Part shown: piece by piece, positions 29,855 to 41,652 of the stretch
Position numbering within the stretch: position 1 is the first letter of the stretch
Layout of the letters: every line of letters begins with the position of its first letter
Origin: Chthoniobacteraceae bacterium
Lineage (GTDB): Bacteria > Verrucomicrobiota > Verrucomicrobiia > Chthoniobacterales > Chthoniobacteraceae
Direction of reading: 5' to 3'
NCBI GenBank assembly: GCA_037190965.1
Contig: JBBCKI010000002.1
Span: forward strand, 32,001 to 96,000
Length of the DNA: 64,000 nt
Position numbers and translations under genes: made by a program
The notes under the pieces: model-generated
The model's input: only the letters and a program-made list of their open reading frames with translations
Database searches by the model: none
Told to the model about the DNA's origin: nothing

Positions 29855-31390
29855 TCAAAACAGATCCGCCACCGTCTCCGCCCCCTGAATGCGCGCGTTG
29901 AGCGCGTCCAGGCTTTCGTCGCAGAACGCGGCGATGAGCGGCACGGCCCTTGGACCGTGCGCCGTGTTGAATACGACCTCGTCCCACTGGATCGAGGAGA
30001 TGGCGTCGTTGAACTTCGCCACGGCGCGGCCCCGGAAGAAGGCGCGCGTGGTGGTCGGCGGCTGAAAGATGGCGTCTTTGATGTCTTCCTCCGTCAAAAA
30101 TCTCCGGAGCGAGCAAGTCCGCTGCATCTCGTGATAGAGACCGGCCACCGGGTCGATGTTATGGTATTCGAGATCAAGCGATTGAAGCCAAGGATCGCTC
30201 CAGTCGAGGTTCTCCTCCTCGCGGAAGGAGTTAAGCAGAAACTTCTTCGCCACCCAGTCGAGACGGTCCATGCAACGCATCGGGTCGGCGTGGAGATCGT
30301 TGAGCACCAACTCCCATTCTTCCAACACCCAACGCGCCTCCTCGTCGTCACGGTCGCAATGCTCCTGTGCCGCGCGGAGATAGAGCCGCTGGATGTCGAT
30401 GGCGGAGATTTTTCTCCCGTCGGATAACTCCACAATCCAGTCCCAGCTTGGGTCACGACTGATCGACTTGGCCGCTTCCACGGGGCTGGCCAGATCGATC
30501 ATCGGGGCGTGCCCCTTCTCGATCAACTCCAGAACCAGCGAGGTGGTGCCGATCTTCAGCGCCGTGGCCACTTCGTTCATGTTGGCGTCGCCGATGATGC
30601 AGTGAAAGCGGCGGTACTTGGAGGTGTCGGCATGCGGTTCGTCGCGGGTGTTCACGATGGGACGACGGTTCATCGTGTCGATGGAGACGATTACGCTAAA
30701 GAAATCGGATCGCTGCGAAATCTGGAAAACGCCCGGCTGGGTCTGGCCGTTCTCGCATTCCAGCCCCATCTTGCCCGCGCCAGCGAAGATCTGCCGCGTG
30801 ACGAGGAACGGAACCACACCGCCGACGATCTTGTCCCACGGCACCGTCCGCGCCATGAGATAGTTGTCGTGGCAGCCGAAGGAGTGCCCGATAAAGTCGG
30901 TATTGTTCTTGTAGAGGCGCACCTGCTGGCCATCGGCGATGCGCGCGTTCCGGCGGCGGGCGCATTCCCACATCACCCGCTCCCCCGCCTTGTCCTGCGA
31001 GACGATCTCGCGCAGGGTGGTGCATTCGGGCGTGCTGTATTCCGGGTGCGCGTGGTCGTTGTAAAAACGCGCACCGTTGCTCAGAACAAGGTCGCTCTTG
31101 ATTTCCTCGAAGCTGAGCGGGCGATTCTTGTCGATTTCGAAGTAGGCCGATTCGTCGGTATCCTGCAACAGCTCCTTGGCACGGAAGCCTCTGGCGTCCT
31201 GATGAGGATCTTCGAGATTATAGTCCCACTTCATCGCCGCACCGTGCTCAGTGTAGCTGCGGACGATCTCGATGGATTCCTGCACGACGTCCACCTGCTC
31301 CTGTCCGTCCACGGTGATGCCGTATTCCGTTTCGATGCCGAACACCCTTTTCATACCGCTTGGATGGGTTTTCCCCAAAGTGTTACTCAT
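29855..31390 (-). CDS. dop: Dop-like deamidase/depupylase (PafA2 family)
   Basis: GIETEYG, Dop-loop WDYNLEDPHQDARGF, NGARFYNDHAHPEYSTPEC, YKNN, RPIVNTRDEPH, TTRAFFRG. Confidence 0.88.
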   Translation of the reverse strand: MSNTLGKTHPSGMKRVFGIETEYGITVDGQEQVDVVQESIEIVRSYTEHGAAMKWDYNLEDPHQDARGFRAKELLQDTDESAYFEIDKNRPLSFEEIKSDLVLSNGARFYNDHAHPEYSTPECTTLREIVSQDKAGERVMWECARRRNARIADGQQVRLYKNNTDFIGHSFGCHDNYLMARTVPWDKIVGGVVPFLVTRQIFAGAGKMGLECENGQTQPGVFQISQRSDFFSVIVSIDTMNRRPIVNTRDEPHADTSKYRRFHCIIGDANMNEVATALKIGTTSLVLELIEKGHAPMIDLASPVEAAKSISRDPSWDWIVELSDGRKISAIDIQRLYLRAAQEHCDRDDEEARWVLEEWELVLNDLHADPMRCMDRLDWVAKKFLLNSFREEENLDWSDPWLQSLDLEYHNIDPVAGLYHEMQRTCSLRRFLTEEDIKDAIFQPPTTTRAFFRGRAVAKFNDAISSIQWDEVVFNTAHGPRAVPLIAAFCDESLDALNARIQGAETVADLF

Positions 31391-33067
31391 TTAAATGACA
31401 TGCATGTGCGGCGTTGCCTTTGCCGCCGCCCCGTACCGCACCGGAGCGATCCGGACCACGTTTTCCGAATCGTAGTCGATCAGCTTCAGCCAATCCTCCG
31501 TAATATCGCTGGGCGGGAAAATGTCGTTCTCCAGATACTCGGCGTCGAGCGACAGCCGGAGATCCGTCTCGCTGATGCCTTCAGGCTTCCCGGTGGCGAT
31601 GGCGCGCTTGATGGCGATCGCCTTGGCGCGCTCCACAATGGAAGCGATGATCGCCCCGCTCACCAGATCGCCCCGGTAGAGCACCTCCTTGCGGCCGCTC
31701 CGCAGGGTGACCTCCAGAAAACGGTTCTCATCGCGGCGATCAAACTGCCATTCAAGCAGCTTTTCCACCAAAGCCTCCACCGCCTCCGGCGTCCCGCCGG
31801 TTTCCCGCAACAGCACTGGATCATACGGAAGATGTTGCCCCAGATAGATCTTGTAGATCTCCCGAGCACCATCGCGGTCCGGCCGGTTCACCTTGATCTT
31901 CCGATCGATCCGCCCCGGGCGCAGGATCGCGGGGTCGATCAGGTCGGCCCGGTTGGAAGCCAGGATGATCACGACGTCGTTGAGCGAATCGATGCCGTCC
32001 ATCTCCGCGCAGAACATCGGCACGAGTGTCGAGAGGATGCTGGAGTACCGCGTGGCACGGCGGGTTCCAAGGACGCTCTCCGCCTCGTCGATGAACAGGA
32101 ACGGCAGGAACCCCTCGCGCCGCTTCTCCCGGGCCTGGGCGAAAATATCGCGCACGATCCGTTCGCTCTCGCCCACCCACATATTGAGAATCTCCGGGCC
32201 TTTGATGTGCATGAAATACTCGCGCATCTCTGCCCCGGTCTGCTCCTTGAGCTTTTTGGTCAGGTTATAGGCGGTGGCCTTGCCGATCAGTGTCTTGCCG
32301 CATCCCGGCGGCCCATAGAGCAAAAAGCCCTTGGGCGTGGAATGCTGAAAGCGGGCAAACAGATCGGCATGCAGAAGGGGAAGCTCCACGGCATCCTTGA
32401 TCGCCTGCAATGCCTCCTGCTGGCCACCCACCCGTTCCCACGGAAGCTCCGGCACGCTGTCGAGAAAGTAGTCGTCGGCCTGCGGTTTGGAGAGCACTTC
32501 GATGGCGACCCGGTAGTTGGAGTCCACCCGCACTTCATCCCCCGGCTTGACCGGCTCCCGGCTCAGGTCCGCGCTTCGCTGGAGCACGAGAGATTGGACG
32601 CCATGCTCCGTGCCGACCCGAAGGCGATCCCCGTCGAGTACCTCGGTCACCTTCGCCACCGGCCCCCCGCTGTCGTAGCCGAGATCGCCCACAATCGCGA
32701 AAGCTTCGTTGACGAGCACCCGGGTGCCGCGTTTTAGACTCGAAACCGCAACTCGCGGATCGACATTGCAATAGTAGTCGGCCCCGCCGACCACGATCTG
32801 CGCCGTCTCCTTGTCCGGGATGCCCAGGAACGTCCCGATCCGATTGGCCGGGGCGGTCAGCTTCTGGACGATCTGTTCGAGTTTTTCGATGGCCTGTCGC
32901 GCCTCGACCATCGTGTTTTCGTGTTCCGTCACGGCGGCACGGAGGTTGAGCAGGTCCTGCTGTGCGGGATGCCCGGGGGGCACCGATGCAAGCGCCCTGT
33001 CGATGCGATCCAACGGGGTCAACTCGTCCTCGTTGGGGTATTGATGAAACGGAGGCGAAGTTTGCAT
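31391..33067 (-). CDS. arc: ARC/Mpa-like proteasomal AAA+ ATPase
   Basis: N-terminal coiled coil + OB region; GPPGCGKT, IKGPEILNMWVGESER, FIDE, SNRADLIDPAILRPGRID, SGAIIASIVERAK. Confidence 0.88.
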   Translation of the reverse strand: MQTSPPFHQYPNEDELTPLDRIDRALASVPPGHPAQQDLLNLRAAVTEHENTMVEARQAIEKLEQIVQKLTAPANRIGTFLGIPDKETAQIVVGGADYYCNVDPRVAVSSLKRGTRVLVNEAFAIVGDLGYDSGGPVAKVTEVLDGDRLRVGTEHGVQSLVLQRSADLSREPVKPGDEVRVDSNYRVAIEVLSKPQADDYFLDSVPELPWERVGGQQEALQAIKDAVELPLLHADLFARFQHSTPKGFLLYGPPGCGKTLIGKATAYNLTKKLKEQTGAEMREYFMHIKGPEILNMWVGESERIVRDIFAQAREKRREGFLPFLFIDEAESVLGTRRATRYSSILSTLVPMFCAEMDGIDSLNDVVIILASNRADLIDPAILRPGRIDRKIKVNRPDRDGAREIYKIYLGQHLPYDPVLLRETGGTPEAVEALVEKLLEWQFDRRDENRFLEVTLRSGRKEVLYRGDLVSGAIIASIVERAKAIAIKRAIATGKPEGISETDLRLSLDAEYLENDIFPPSDITEDWLKLIDYDSENVVRIAPVRYGAAAKATPHMHVI

Positions 33068-33280
33068 TTGTAGAGACTACGGGAGGCCCCCGGTTATTGG
33101 CCTCATTCTGGGGTCAGGGGCAAAGACCCTTCCAAAATTCGACGAGCCCTGGCCGGCTCCGTACTCCCCTCCGCCCAAGGCTCGTCACCCTTCAAATCGC
33201 GGCCAGTCCGGGAAGCGGTCCCCTTTGACGGAACTCTGGGGCTTTTCACCCCGCCGTTCACGAGGTACGGTACGCTCCTG

Positions 33281-33949
33281 ATGTCGAAACGTTCACCCAT
33301 CCAATTTGCCATCGCCATCTGTCTGGTGCTCGTCACCTGCACCCTCAGCCTCTATTTTCTGACCTCCGCCACCGTCCGGGAGACACGGCGCACGGCGGCC
33401 AGCTTTGCCGAAGCGGTAAAAAACACGTTCAATTTCACCCCCAGGGTGACGGTGGACCGCACCTTGATCTTCAGGGAAAGCACACCGGTGATGGAATTGA
33501 TCACCAACAAGGAGCGGTTCGAACACCGGATGCAGTGGAGTTCCACCTGGCTGGGGAGCACTAAAACCATCGAGTTGAAAGCGTTCTTTACCGCAAGCGC
33601 CGGTTTCGATCTTCATGAGCCGTTTTCCGTTGCGTTCGACTCGCGCAAACAAACCGTACGGATCCGCCACCCGCGGCCTCGCATTCTTTCCGTCCAACTG
33701 GATACCGTGATAGCCAGCCAGGACGCTCCCGGGTGGTGGAATTCGATTACCGACGCAGACCGCACCGAGGTTCTCAATCGCTTCACCGCCGACGCCAGAA
33801 ACAAAATTGAGACGACAGCGCCGGCCCTTGAGAGAGCGGAAGCAAATTTGAGAAAACAACTCGGCGATCTTCTGGCAAAGAGCGGTCTGAAGGTTGAATT
33901 TGAGGAAACGACAGGGACGCCGACACCCCCACCCGCGGAGCACCGGTAG
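33281..33949 (+). CDS. DUF4230-like membrane-anchored protein
   Basis: N-terminal TM; ASAGFDL, PRPRILS motifs. Confidence 0.65.
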   Translation: MSKRSPIQFAIAICLVLVTCTLSLYFLTSATVRETRRTAASFAEAVKNTFNFTPRVTVDRTLIFRESTPVMELITNKERFEHRMQWSSTWLGSTKTIELKAFFTASAGFDLHEPFSVAFDSRKQTVRIRHPRPRILSVQLDTVIASQDAPGWWNSITDADRTEVLNRFTADARNKIETTAPALERAEANLRKQLGDLLAKSGLKVEFEETTGTPTPPPAEHR

Positions 33950-34111
33950 TCCGCTCTCGCCGAGAGCGCGGGAGATGACAATGACGCGCGTTTGACGCCA
34001 TCCCCTAAGGACGGGCTTGGTAATTTGCTGGATGCGGCCCAGAAAGGCACGAGAGCCGATACCCGCGCTCGACGGCGCGAGCGGACTACCGGTGCTGCCG
34101 CACCATTCGGC
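33945..34111. repeat. REP-doublet/MITE-like element family A, copy 2
   Basis: GGTAGTCCGCTCTCGCCGAGAGCGCGGG ... CGAGCGGACTACC plus tail. Its TAG is the stop codon of the upstream CDS. Confidence 0.85.
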
Positions 34112-34300
34112 CAGGAATGCCTTGGTATAAGAGCTGCTTTCTTAACAATCACTCGGAGGAAATTGAAGACACACACCGATGGCCCAACGCCCCCTCCGAG
34201 AGCGGCCCGGGCAGAATGACTCCCCAAGCATTCCGCCCGGGCTGCACTTTTTCCGCCTCTTCCTTCCCGCGCCCGGGTCTTTCCGATACGCTCGTTTTCA

Positions 34301-36130
34301 ATGATCCCCGAGCAGGTTATCGAACAGATTGCGGCGGCCAACGACATCGTCGACGTCATCAACGGCTATTTCCCGCTGAAACGGGCGGGCGCCGTCTATA
34401 AGGCCCTCTGTCCGTTTCATCGCGAAAAATCACCATCGTTCACGGTGAACCCCGCCCGGCAGACCTTCAAATGCTTTGGGTGCGGCGCGGGCGGGACGGT
34501 TTTCAAGTTTGTGGAGCTTTACGAGAACGTCCACTTCCCCGAAGCCGCCAAACGGCTCGCCGCCCGCCGGGGCATCCGCTTCGAGGACGAGCCCCTTTCC
34601 GCCGAGGAAGATGCCAGGCACCGGATGAAAAGCCGCCTTCTCGCCCTGCATGCGGCGGCGGCAGAATGGTTTCACCGCATCCTCCTCAAGAGCGAAGCCG
34701 CGCAGCACGCCCGGAACTATCTCAAAAGCCGGGGAATCACCGCCGAGGTTGCGAAATCCTGGAAGATCGGCTACGCGCCGGAATCGTGGGACGCGCTCTC
34801 TCAGTGGGCTCGCAGCAAGGGGTATTATGACGCTGAATTGATTGCCAGCGGTTTGGTGACCAGCAAGGAAAGCGAAGAGCCCAACCGCCCCACCCGCTAT
34901 TATGACCGGTTTCGCGACCGGCTCATGTTCCCGATCTGCAACGACATCGGGGAGGTCATCGCCTTCAGCGGCCGCGTTTTGAGCGCGGAGGCGTTTGGGG
35001 GAAAATACGTCAACTCGCCGGAAACACCGATTTTCACCAAAGGCAAAGTGCTCTTCGGCCTTCATAAAGCGAAGCGCGCCCTCATCGATTCCGGCACCGC
35101 CATCGTCTGCGAGGGGCAGGTTGACCTGATCACCGCGTTCGAAGCCGGGGTTCGCAATGTCACCGCGTCGCAAGGCACCGCCTTCACCGAAAACCAGGCC
35201 AGTATCCTCAAACGCTTTGTCAAGGAAGTGGTGCTCTGCTTCGACTCCGACGCCGCCGGGTTAAAGGCTGCCGAAAAAACCCTCGAGCCCCTGCTCGATG
35301 TCGGGCTCTCCGTCCGCGTTGCCACGATGCCGGAAGGGCACGATCCCGACTCTTTTATCCGCTCGGAAGGCGGCGAGGTATTTGCCGCGAGAATCGCGGG
35401 AGCCCGCGATTTCTTCGAGTTTCAAGTGGAGCGCTTTGCGGCGAGCCCGGAGTTTACCACCCCCAGAGGAAAGGCGGACTTCGCCCGCAAGATGGCTGAA
35501 GGAGTCTCGCTGATCTCTGACGCGGTTCTCCGCGAGGCGGTCATCCAGAATGTGAGCGCCCGTTTGGAAATTCCCGCAGCCCAGTTCGCCGCGCTTCTGA
35601 AGCGGAGCAACCGGCCCGCCAAGCAGGAATGGAAGCACGACGCAGCTCAGGAAGGGGAGCCCCCATCCACCCCGCCCCTCCCCCCGATGAGCAATACCAT
35701 CCGGATCCTCTGCCGTCTGGCCCTGGTCAACGAAGATACCCGGCAATGGCTGCTTGCCCGGAAATGGGAAGCCCTGCTTGCCGAACTGACCGACGGCGAG
35801 ATTCTCGCCTGCATCCTGCGCGGGCGCTTCAACCCGGCCGAACCTGCCTCTCTCTCCACCTTCATCGCCACCCTTCCCCCGGCGGAACAAGCTGCCATAG
35901 CCGATCTCCTGGCCGAATCCCTCCCTGAAGTGGCAGACCCGCTCCCCATCGTCACCGATTGCTGGCGTGATCTGGAACGGCGAGCGTTACAAAACCGGAG
36001 GGACATCGCCACCGCCCGACTCCGCCAACCGGGGCTCTCCCTTGAGGAGGAGATGAAATTACAAAAACAAGTCCTTGACCTCACGCAGAGGCTTACCCAT
36101 ATTACGCGGCCTTTGTCCCCTCCCCCGTAA
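34301..36130 (+). CDS. dnaG: DNA primase
   Basis: CPFH/CFGC zinc finger, KYVNSPET, CEGQVD, FDSDAAG, DPD. Confidence 0.96.
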   Translation: MIPEQVIEQIAAANDIVDVINGYFPLKRAGAVYKALCPFHREKSPSFTVNPARQTFKCFGCGAGGTVFKFVELYENVHFPEAAKRLAARRGIRFEDEPLSAEEDARHRMKSRLLALHAAAAEWFHRILLKSEAAQHARNYLKSRGITAEVAKSWKIGYAPESWDALSQWARSKGYYDAELIASGLVTSKESEEPNRPTRYYDRFRDRLMFPICNDIGEVIAFSGRVLSAEAFGGKYVNSPETPIFTKGKVLFGLHKAKRALIDSGTAIVCEGQVDLITAFEAGVRNVTASQGTAFTENQASILKRFVKEVVLCFDSDAAGLKAAEKTLEPLLDVGLSVRVATMPEGHDPDSFIRSEGGEVFAARIAGARDFFEFQVERFAASPEFTTPRGKADFARKMAEGVSLISDAVLREAVIQNVSARLEIPAAQFAALLKRSNRPAKQEWKHDAAQEGEPPSTPPLPPMSNTIRILCRLALVNEDTRQWLLARKWEALLAELTDGEILACILRGRFNPAEPASLSTFIATLPPAEQAAIADLLAESLPEVADPLPIVTDCWRDLERRALQNRRDIATARLRQPGLSLEEEMKLQKQVLDLTQRLTHITRPLSPPP

Positions 36131-36176
36131 ACACCCATGGGCGTGAGGTGAGACAATTGTCCGAACTCGCGTGGGT

Positions 36177-38129
<1,953 letters not shown>

Positions 38130-38152
38130 GAAAACCGGAAACCGGAGAGTTT

Positions 38153-38193
38153 AGACGCTGCCGCGCCATTGGCGCGGCAGCGTCTCTTTTTTT
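38153..38193 (+). terminator. Intrinsic terminator after rpoD
   Basis: AGACGCTGCCGCGCC-ATT-GGCGCGGCAGCGTCT followed by CTTTTTTT. Confidence 0.88.
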
Positions 38194-38255
38194 CCGGTCT
38201 CCTCGCTCCGGTTTTTGAATAGCCTCTCCCGGGAAGTCGGGGCATACTCCCCGGC

Positions 38256-38789
38256 ATGCGCCGTGTTACGTTGTTGCTCACCGGGTCCCTTCTTGCCGCC
38301 GGCCTCGGGTTTCCTCTCTCCGCCCCCGCTCAAACGCCAAATGCCGCACCCACTCCGGCCCCAACCGGACGCGTTCGAGCCTGGCGCGCCACCCTTCCCG
38401 GCGGCTCGTTTTCGGTTGCCGTCCATGCGATGGTTTCCGTGGCCATGCATGAGTATGTGGTCGATGGCGCGGCCCGCGTAACCGAGGTTAACATCGATAC
38501 GACCGGCAATTCGCAGGCACGGTTCTATTTCCTGGAGCCGATCACTCCGCAAACGCCGCTCGCCGCAGGGCAATCGATCATCAACAAGGTCCAGGACCTC
38601 GCCACCGAAGCCGCCGGACGCACGGGGCAGGACGAGACCTGGAAAAAGGTGGTCAAGACTTATCCCGGGAGCACCCACGCGCACACCGTCGAATTCCGGA
38701 TCGGTTCCAAAGATGATCTCAAAAAGATTTTTGACAGCGCCGATCAGGCGATGCGCGAATCCAAGGAGATCATTTTCAATCTCCAATGA
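38256..38789 (+). CDS. Exported hypothetical protein
   Basis: Signal peptide ending APA-Q; translationally coupled to the CHAD gene. Confidence 0.7.
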   Translation: MRRVTLLLTGSLLAAGLGFPLSAPAQTPNAAPTPAPTGRVRAWRATLPGGSFSVAVHAMVSVAMHEYVVDGAARVTEVNIDTTGNSQARFYFLEPITPQTPLAAGQSIINKVQDLATEAAGRTGQDETWKKVVKTYPGSTHAHTVEFRIGSKDDLKKIFDSADQAMRESKEIIFNLQ

Positions 38790-39601
38790 GCTTCACCCTC
38801 AAGCGAAAACGCCCGCTGCCGGAAGAGTTCCGGCGCATCGGCGTGGAGCTTGCGGATGCCACCGTGGCCCATCTGAGGGATGGGGACGTCCACCAGACGA
38901 GACGACGAATCAAGGAACTCCGGGCGCTGCTCGCGCTTGCGAAGGGCGATCCTGCGGCTCCCGAGCTTGACCGGCTCTTCCGCGATGCCGCCCGCGCCAT
39001 CTCCGGGGCGAGAGACGACGAAATCTGCATGACGACCCTCGCGCGTCTGGAGAAAACGCCCGAGGCTCCCCCGGCAGCCGTCTTCGAAAAAGCGCGCGCG
39101 ACCGTCCATAAACAGGCCGTCGCCGCTTCCGGGCGGGAAGAGGTGCTGGAGCGGCTCGAAGCCGGGCGGCAGGATCTCGCGAACTGGAATCCCGACGCCA
39201 GTCGGAAGATCATCCGTCAAGCGCTACGGCGTTCCTACCGGAGATGCCGGCGGGCTTTGGAGGCACTGCAGGCCAAGGAGGAAGCAGGCAACTCCGACGA
39301 GGAAGCATTCCACCGGCTACGGCGTCGGATCAAAAGACTCTGGGCGCAACTCCGATTGGTTCGCAAGGAATGCACCAAGACCGTCAAAAAGCGCATTCGC
39401 AAGGCCGACAAGATCGCCGAACTGCTTGGGTTGGAGCACGACCTGGCCGTCCTCCGTACCCGCCTTCGGCAAAAACATGCCTCGCAGGTGCTCTCCAGCC
39501 GGATTGAAGAGGAACGCGCAGAGTTGCAAAAGATGTCGCTCGCCAAGACGCGACGTTTTTTACGGAGAAAGCCGAAGATCTTTCTCAAAAAACTTCTGTA
39601 G
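38786..39601 (+). CDS. CHAD domain protein (polyphosphate-binding family)
   Basis: VHQTRRRIKELRALL, FHRLRRRIKRL, LLGLEHDL; very basic. Confidence 0.85.
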   Translation: MSFTLKRKRPLPEEFRRIGVELADATVAHLRDGDVHQTRRRIKELRALLALAKGDPAAPELDRLFRDAARAISGARDDEICMTTLARLEKTPEAPPAAVFEKARATVHKQAVAASGREEVLERLEAGRQDLANWNPDASRKIIRQALRRSYRRCRRALEALQAKEEAGNSDEEAFHRLRRRIKRLWAQLRLVRKECTKTVKKRIRKADKIAELLGLEHDLAVLRTRLRQKHASQVLSSRIEEERAELQKMSLAKTRRFLRRKPKIFLKKLL

Positions 39602-39657
39602 CCGGCGACGCAAATTTCTCGTGAATAATTGAAACCCATAGCGTAGCTTTTGCGCCG

Positions 39658-40074
39658 ATGTCCTCCCCCGACTATCCCGACGCGTCACGGCGGGCTGTCC
39701 AATCTGTTGCGAGAACAGATGCGGCCCAGCAATCCCCCTCTCCCAAACCAGCCGATTCCGCGGAGGCAGAACGCCAGCGCGCCGACTGGGAGGGAATCGC
39801 CGCGATGCCGGAGTTCAAAGCGCTGATCGCCCGCAAAAGCCGGTTCATTATCGCGGGAACCATTTTCTTTCTCGTCTACTACTTCGCCCTGCCGATCCTG
39901 GTCGGCTACTTCCCGCAATGGATGGAGCACAAGGTTGGCCCGGTAAACGTCGCCTATATTTTCGCCTTTTCGCAGTTCATCATGGCCTGGGCGGTCGCTG
40001 CGGTTTACGTCAAGGTAGCCGCGGGTTGGGACACGGCCGCCGGCGCAATCATTAAAAAAGCGGAGGGCAAATAA
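39658..40074 (+). CDS. DUF485 (YjcH-like) small membrane partner of ActP
   Basis: FKALIARKSRF + two TMs; directly upstream of the SSS permease. Confidence 0.85.
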   Translation: MSSPDYPDASRRAVQSVARTDAAQQSPSPKPADSAEAERQRADWEGIAAMPEFKALIARKSRFIIAGTIFFLVYYFALPILVGYFPQWMEHKVGPVNVAYIFAFSQFIMAWAVAAVYVKVAAGWDTAAGAIIKKAEGK

Positions 40075-40075
40075 G

Positions 40076-41632
40076 ATGGCGCTGACGATGTTTCTTGTTT
40101 TCATCGCGCTGACCCTGGGCATTACCTGGTGGTCCGCGCGACGCAACACCGGCGCAAGCGCCTACTTTGCGGCGGGCCGCAGCATCACCGGCTGGCAGAA
40201 CGGACTAGCCGTGGCCGGGGACTATATGAGCGCGGCCTCATTCCTCGGCATTGCCGGGATGATCGCCTTTCAAGGGTATGACGGGTTCATGTATTCCGTC
40301 GGCTTTCTGGTCGCTTACCTGACAGTCCTCCTGATCGTGGCCGAGCCGCTGCGCAACGCGGGCAAATACACGATGGCCGACGTTCTCGCCTACCGCCTCA
40401 AGGCGCGGCCGGTGCGGGCGATGGCCTCGTTGAGCACGCTCACCGTCAGCACGTTCTACATGATCGCGCAAATGGTGGGAGCGGGAGCGCTGGTCGCGCT
40501 TCTCCTGCCCGGCGTAAGCTTCTATGCCGCCGTGATCGGCGTCGGCGTGCTGATGATCGTTTATGTCGTTTTCGGCGGGATGCTCGCCACCACCTGGGTG
40601 CAGATCATCAAGGCGGTGCTGCTGCTCAGCGGCTCCCTCTTCCTGAGCATCCTGGTCATGAAGCACTACGACTACAGCTTCGTGAAGTTCTTCGAATCGC
40701 TCAGCGCGATTACCTTCACCAAAGGCGGAGCCGTCGTGACGCAGGACTTTTTGCAACCGGGCCACAAGTATCATGGCACCTGGGGTGCGCTGGATTTGAT
40801 CTCCCTCGGCCTCGCGCTGGTGCTCGGCACCGCCGGGCTTCCGCACATCCTCATCCGTTTCTACACGGTGCCGGACGCGAAGACGGCCCGCTCCTCGGTC
40901 GTCTGGGCGATGGTGCTGATTGGCGCGTTCTACATCATGACGACGTTCTTCGGCTTCGGAGCGGCCAGCATCCTTAACCCGGATAACATCGTCGATAACG
41001 CAGGGAAAGTGAGCCCGAACATGGCGGCTCCCCTTCTCGCCAAGGCGATGGGCGGCGAGATCTTCTTCGCCTTCATTTCGGCGATCGCCTTCGCCACCAT
41101 TCTCGCGGTCGTGGCGGGCCTGACAATCAGTGCCTCCACCTCCTTTGCGCACGATTTCTACACCAACGTGCTGCATCACGGCAAAGAGCCGAACCCCGGC
41201 CAGGAAGTCCGGGTCGCACGGATCACGGCCCTGGTCGTCGGCGCGGTTTCAATTCTCATCGCCATCGTGCTCGGGCCCTCGGTGAACGTGGCGTTCCTCG
41301 TGGGGCTGGCCTTCGCCGTCGCGGCCTCCGCGAATCTCCCGGCGATCATCTTCTCGATCTTCTGGAAGCGCTTCAACACAGCGGGAGCCGTGACGAGCCT
41401 CGTGACCGGCCTGGTCTCTTCCATCATCCTGATCCTCCTGAGCCCGAGCATCATGGGAGAAAAACACCTCTTCCCGCTCGATAACCCCGGGATCGTCAGC
41501 ATCCCGCTCGGGTTCCTTGGCGCGATCATCGGCACGCTGATCTCCCGTGAACCGGAGGCCGAGGCGAAGTACACCGAGTTGGTCGTCCGCGCCAATACCG
41601 GCCTCGGAGCCGAGAAGGCGACGGAGCATTGA
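40076..41632 (+). CDS. actP: Cation/acetate symporter, ActP/MctC family (SSS)
   Basis: QNGLAVAGDYMSAASFLG, GGMLATTWVQ, GTAGLPHIL, AFATILAVVAGL. Confidence 0.88.
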   Translation: MALTMFLVFIALTLGITWWSARRNTGASAYFAAGRSITGWQNGLAVAGDYMSAASFLGIAGMIAFQGYDGFMYSVGFLVAYLTVLLIVAEPLRNAGKYTMADVLAYRLKARPVRAMASLSTLTVSTFYMIAQMVGAGALVALLLPGVSFYAAVIGVGVLMIVYVVFGGMLATTWVQIIKAVLLLSGSLFLSILVMKHYDYSFVKFFESLSAITFTKGGAVVTQDFLQPGHKYHGTWGALDLISLGLALVLGTAGLPHILIRFYTVPDAKTARSSVVWAMVLIGAFYIMTTFFGFGAASILNPDNIVDNAGKVSPNMAAPLLAKAMGGEIFFAFISAIAFATILAVVAGLTISASTSFAHDFYTNVLHHGKEPNPGQEVRVARITALVVGAVSILIAIVLGPSVNVAFLVGLAFAVAASANLPAIIFSIFWKRFNTAGAVTSLVTGLVSSIILILLSPSIMGEKHLFPLDNPGIVSIPLGFLGAIIGTLISREPEAEAKYTELVVRANTGLGAEKATEH

Positions 41633-41652
41633 GGGCTCACCTCCCTCGCCGT

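Noticed and set aside
27975..32737. Long plus-strand ORFs (637 aa and 742 aa)
   Set aside because: Antisense shadows of prfC, the LamG gene, dop and arc, as expected in GC-rich DNA; no motifs.
33103..33342. 79-aa minus-strand ORF upstream of arc as a Pup/UBact candidate
   Set aside because: It ends LTPE rather than GE/GQ/GGE, overlaps the DUF4230-like gene, and has no resemblance to the modifier.
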